Source: a virus (taxonomy: Duplodnaviria; Heunggongvirae; Uroviricota; Caudoviricetes). Taken from it: a stretch of DNA of 22,860 bases. The notes under the pieces are model-generated. The model was given only the letters and a program-made list of their open reading frames with translations. It searched no databases and was not told the DNA's origin. Positions 19,332 through 22,860 of this stretch are shown here, piece by piece. Both the position numbers and the translations under genes were made by a program. The stretch lies in IMG/VR virus record IMGVR_UViG_2698536576_000001, one strand, 5' to 3'. Numbering within the stretch: the first letter of the stretch is position 1; each line of letters starts with the position of its first letter.

Positions 19332-21728
19332 ATGGCAGTACAGATTTCAGGTGTGCTGAAAGACGGTGCAGGAAAACCAATACAGAACTGCACTATTCAG
19401 CTCAAAGCAAAGCGTAACAGCACCACGGTACTGGTGAACACAGTGGCCTCTGAAAATCCGGATGAAGCCGGGCGTTACAGCATGGATGTTGAGTATGGCC
19501 AGTACAGCGTCATCCTGCTGGTTGAAGGTTTTCCGCCTTCACATGCCGGGACCATTACCGTCTATGAAGGCTCCAGACCAGGTACGCTGAATGATTTTCT
19601 CGGTGCCATGACGGAGGATGATGTCATGCCGGAGGCATTGCGTCGTTTTGAGGAAATGGTGGAAGAAGCGGCACGCAACGCTGAAGCCGCCTCTCAGAGC
19701 GCAGCGGCGGCAAAGAAATCCGAAACGGCTGCGGCATCATCGAAGAACGCGGCGAAAACCTCAGAAACGAATGCAGCTAACAGCGCACAGGCGGCAGCGG
19801 CCTCGCAGACTGCATCGGCAAACTCCGCGACAGCAGCCAAAAAATCAGAAACCAACGCGAAAAATAGCGAGACAGCCGCAAAGACGAGCGAAACCAACGC
19901 AAAGTCCAGCCAGACGGCAGCGAAAACCAGCGAAACGAATGCCAAAGCCAGTGAAACTGCGGCGAAAAATAGCCAGAATGCAGCAGCCGAAAGCGAGAGT
20001 GCGGCAGCTGGTTCTGCGACTTCAGCAGCTGGATCAGCAACTGCTGCGGCTAACAGCCAGAAAGCAGCGAAGACGAGCGAAACTAACGCAAAGTCCAGCC
20101 AGACGGCAGCGAAGACCAGCGAAACGAATGCCAAAGCCAGCGAAACTGCGGCGAAAAGCAGTCAGGATGCAGCAGCTGAAAGCGAGAGTGCCGCAGCTGG
20201 TTCTGCAAGTGCGGCGGCTGCTTCTGCCACTGCATCAGCAAACAGTCAAAAAGCTGCAAAAACCAGTGAAACCAATGCAAAGACAAGCGAGACTGCAGCG
20301 GCGAACTCGGCGCAAGCATCGGCAGCAAGCCAGACAGCAGCTAAAGCAAGTGAGGATGCAGCCAGAGAGTATGCAAGCCAGGCTGCGGAGCCGTATAAAC
20401 AAGTATTGCAGCCGCTTCCTGATGTGTGGATACCATTTAACGATTCGCTGGATATGATTACGGGTTTTTCGCCATCATATAAAAAGATTGTTATTGGTGA
20501 TGATGAAATAACGATGCCTGGCGACAAGGTTGTTAAGTTTAAACGCGCATCGAAAGCAACCTATATTAATAAATCTGGTGTGCTGACAGAGGCTGCCATT
20601 GACGAGCCACGGTTTGAACGTGATGGCCTGCTTATTGAGGGGCAAAGAACGAACTACATGCTCAATTCGGAAAGCCCTGCCAGTTGGGGGCGATCGTCAA
20701 ATATGGATGTTCCCGAAACCGGGACGGATAGTTTTGGTTTTACCTATGGAAAGTTTGTCTGTAACGATTCTCTGATTGGGCAAACCTCAGCCATTAATAT
20801 GGCATCAATTGCTGCAACAAAGTCAGTTGATGTCTCAGGCGATAATAAATACGTGACAACCTCATGTCGTTTTAAAACAGAACTGCAGGTAAGGTTGCGT
20901 ATCCGATTTGATAAATATGACGGTAGCGCAACAACTTTTCTTGGTGATGCGTATATTGATACACAAACGCTTGAAATTAATATGACAGGTGGTGCTTCCG
21001 GTAGAATTACGGCACGAGTCAGGAAGGAGGAAACTACAGGATGGATTTTTGCTGAGGCAACAATTCAGGCAATTGATGGTGAGTTAAAAATAGGCTCTCA
21101 GATACAGTATTCACCTAAGCAGGGAGGGGCAACCGTATCAGGTGACTATATTTATCTGGCTACCCCACAAGTAGAGAATGGGGCTTGTGTATCATCTTTT
21201 ATTATATCAGGAACGACGGCGGCGACTCGTGCGAGTGATATGGTTACGATCCCGACCGAAAACAACATTTATAACAGACCGCTTACTTGTTTGGTCGAGG
21301 TTAACAGGAATTGGGGCGATATTCCTCCTAATGTAGCACCGCGTATTTTTGATTTTTCTGGTGTGCCGCCTATTGAGTCAATCACATACGCTTTTAACAC
21401 AACCGAGAAATATTACGGTCAGCTTTATATGCAAACTTATAAAGCGTCGACAAGTAGTTACGTTTCTAGTTTGTTTACTGGTCGAACGGATGTTCGAAAA
21501 TTCATTGGTGGTTTTAATATTTATTCTGATGGTACTAAACGAGTAGTTTCTAACGGTGAGGCTACTAAAACCATGAAAACGGAATGGACGGGCGTAAAAA
21601 CGCGGACCTTTATTCGAATAGGAGGTCAAGCCACATCAGGGACACGTCATCTATTCGGCCATTTGAGAAATCTTCGTCTCTGGCATAAAGAATTAACTGA
21701 TGCGCAAATGGGGGAGAGTATTAAATGA
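19332..21728 (+). CDS. stf: side tail fibre protein (Stf-like N-terminus, repeat-rich shaft, unrelated low-GC distal domain)
   Basis: N-terminal ~120 aa match lambda Stf as recalled (MAV.ISGVLKDG.GKP.QNCTIQLKA.RNSTTV.VNTV.SENPDEAGRYSMDVEYGQYSVIL...GFPPSHAGTITVYE). Ala/Ser/Thr/Lys-rich repeat shaft. RBS GTGGAG before the ATG at 19332. Confidence 0.88.
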   Translation: MAVQISGVLKDGAGKPIQNCTIQLKAKRNSTTVLVNTVASENPDEAGRYSMDVEYGQYSVILLVEGFPPSHAGTITVYEGSRPGTLNDFLGAMTEDDVMPEALRRFEEMVEEAARNAEAASQSAAAAKKSETAAASSKNAAKTSETNAANSAQAAAASQTASANSATAAKKSETNAKNSETAAKTSETNAKSSQTAAKTSETNAKASETAAKNSQNAAAESESAAAGSATSAAGSATAAANSQKAAKTSETNAKSSQTAAKTSETNAKASETAAKSSQDAAAESESAAAGSASAAAASATASANSQKAAKTSETNAKTSETAAANSAQASAASQTAAKASEDAAREYASQAAEPYKQVLQPLPDVWIPFNDSLDMITGFSPSYKKIVIGDDEITMPGDKVVKFKRASKATYINKSGVLTEAAIDEPRFERDGLLIEGQRTNYMLNSESPASWGRSSNMDVPETGTDSFGFTYGKFVCNDSLIGQTSAINMASIAATKSVDVSGDNKYVTTSCRFKTELQVRLRIRFDKYDGSATTFLGDAYIDTQTLEINMTGGASGRITARVRKEETTGWIFAEATIQAIDGELKIGSQIQYSPKQGGATVSGDYIYLATPQVENGACVSSFIISGTTAATRASDMVTIPTENNIYNRPLTCLVEVNRNWGDIPPNVAPRIFDFSGVPPIESITYAFNTTEKYYGQLYMQTYKASTSSYVSSLFTGRTDVRKFIGGFNIYSDGTKRVVSNGEATKTMKTEWTGVKTRTFIRIGGQATSGTRHLFGHLRNLRLWHKELTDAQMGESIK
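19876..20300 (+). repeat. in-frame tandem repeat, 189-bp unit (63 codons), about 2.2 copies, inside the stf shaft
   Basis: Near-identical DNA copies start at 19876, 20065 and 20254 (GC(A/C)GC(G/A)AAGACGAGCGAAAC(C/T)AACGCAAAGTCCAGCCAGACGGCAGCG...). The protein shows AAKTSETNAKSSQTAAKTSETNAKASETAAK... twice. Confidence 0.85.
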
Positions 21729-22006
21729 AAGATTTAACACTTAAATTTGCCGACAGGGCCGATTTTTCGGCCTTTATGGATAGCACTGGCTATTATGATG
21801 ATGAGTCGATGCAGGATGATATTCTTATTGACGTGATAGGTAACGTGTACAAAGAAACCGGAGAACTGAATGAAGATGGCGAACCGGTATGTGTTAAGGA
21901 AGACGGATATTTTGTAAACGTGCGCATCATTAATGATTCGCAAATATCGTCATTATTCGATGAATACGTGGTTGCTGTTGAGCATCAACTTCGTGGCTGG
22001 ATGTGA
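21725..22006 (+). CDS. small acidic hypothetical protein (candidate fibre assembly/adaptor factor or DNA-mimic-like protein)
   Basis: 93 aa; the ATG overlaps the stf stop (ATGA). About 22 Asp/Glu against about 8 Lys/Arg; low-GC codon usage like the distal part of stf. Confidence 0.5.
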   Translation: MKDLTLKFADRADFSAFMDSTGYYDDESMQDDILIDVIGNVYKETGELNEDGEPVCVKEDGYFVNVRIINDSQISSLFDEYVVAVEHQLRGWM

Positions 22007-22015
22007 GGAAGAAAA

Positions 22016-22860
22016 ATGGCTACATCGACAGTAATTCCTGATGACATCAAAACGCTAAAATCCGACGTTAGCAAATTAAAAAACGATCAAGGAAGCTACG
22101 CAACAAAATTATATGTAGACAGCAAAGATGAAATCGTTGGTGACTGGTCTGCTTCATGGTATCAGCAGGTATTGCCAACTAGCGGAGCTATATTTGGGAG
22201 AAAACTCCGCTCAACTCACAGGACGGCAGGTGTTGAGGATGCGTATTGCGAACTATACCTCAAAAAATGGATAGACAGTCCAGGTAACGCAATGGCGCGC
22301 CTTAACCTGAACGATAACGGGACAAACATTTGCTGGGACTTTACCAACCTTTATGGCGGTACGATGATTTTTCCCGGTGACAGCGGATACCTCAAAATGG
22401 GTAACTGCCTTATGTCATACAGCAAGCGTGGAAGTAACGCGCTTATTAAATTTGATTACACCGACACATTACAGATCAAATATGCCAATCATGGGTCAAC
22501 CATGACATTAAACACACAGGGAACCGCTTATGCTGGTGTTACTGCTCAATTGTGGGGCAACTCCAGCCGTCCTGTTGTTTATGAAGTCGGTGTTGATGGT
22601 GGCGCTTATATGTTCTATGCGCAGAAAAATACCGATAACACCTATATGTTAAGCGTTAATGGTGCATGTCATGCCACCGCATTTAACCAGCATTCCGACC
22701 GGGATCTGAAAGACAACATTCAGGTGATCGATAATGCAACCGACCGCATCCGTAAAATGAACGGCTATACATACACGCTTAAAGAAAACGGTATGCCCTA
22801 TGCTGGTGTCATTGCACAGGAAGCTCTGGAAGCAATCCCAGAAGTTGTAGGTTCCGCAAT
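22016..22860 (+). CDS. tail fibre/tailspike-like protein with C-terminal peptidase S74 intramolecular chaperone domain (3' end beyond window)
   Basis: Hand translation from the ATG at 22016 (GAGGA 7 nt upstream) is open to the window end (at least 281 codons). From about 22694 it reads SDRDLKDNIQVIDNATDRIRKMNGYTYTLKENGMPYAGVIAQEALEAIPEVV, matching the conserved S74 motifs (SD.RLK.NI, GVIAQE...PE.V). Absent from the ORF track because it is incomplete. Confidence 0.75.
   Translation, partial: MATSTVIPDDIKTLKSDVSKLKNDQGSYATKLYVDSKDEIVGDWSASWYQQVLPTSGAIFGRKLRSTHRTAGVEDAYCELYLKKWIDSPGNAMARLNLNDNGTNICWDFTNLYGGTMIFPGDSGYLKMGNCLMSYSKRGSNALIKFDYTDTLQIKYANHGSTMTLNTQGTAYAGVTAQLWGNSSRPVVYEVGVDGGAYMFYAQKNTDNTYMLSVNGACHATAFNQHSDRDLKDNIQVIDNATDRIRKMNGYTYTLKENGMPYAGVIAQEALEAIPEVVGSA

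Noticed and set aside
19618-20457. 279-aa Arg/Lys/Gln-rich ORF in an alternative + frame, and minus-strand ORFs at 19694-20527
   Set aside because: All are alternative frames of the repetitive Ala/Lys/Ser-coding stf shaft; the low complexity is a by-product of the tandem repeats.
20400-22860. Possible diversity-generating retroelement targeting the fibre distal domain
   Set aside because: No reverse-transcriptase ORF and no template/variable repeat pair is visible in the window; the 189-bp repeats are tandem and in-frame, not a template-variable pair.
1-22860. Defence or anti-defence system, toxin-antitoxin pair, CRISPR array, or tRNA/ncRNA gene
   Set aside because: No candidate was seen: there are no spacer-repeat arrays or cloverleaf-like segments, and the gene content is colinear with a lambda-type structural module. 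The only ambiguous candidate is the acidic 93-aa ORF, reported as a finding.

Overview
This window is the late (morphogenesis) region of a lambda-like siphovirus prophage, with every phage gene on the + strand. From left to right: the left end of an IS2 element (minus strand, running off the window), a ~390 bp non-coding stretch, a candidate cos site, terminase small and large subunits, a W-like head-tail joining protein, portal, a fused S49-protease/major-capsid gene, two small head-completion ORFs, and a tail module colinear with lambda Z-U-V-G-(T by -1 frameshift)-H-M-L-K-I-J. After J comes a side-tail-fibre gene whose proximal part is lambda-Stf-like, carries in-frame 189-bp tandem repeats, and switches to a low-GC, unrelated distal domain. 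It is followed by a small, very acidic ORF and the start of a second fibre gene with a C-terminal S74 intramolecular-chaperone domain. I did not find a recognisable defence or anti-defence system. The most unusual content is the mosaic fibre module (about 20.4-22.9 kb) and the IS2 insertion upstream of cos. All homology statements rest on reading the supplied translations against remembered lambda protein sequences; no database search was run.
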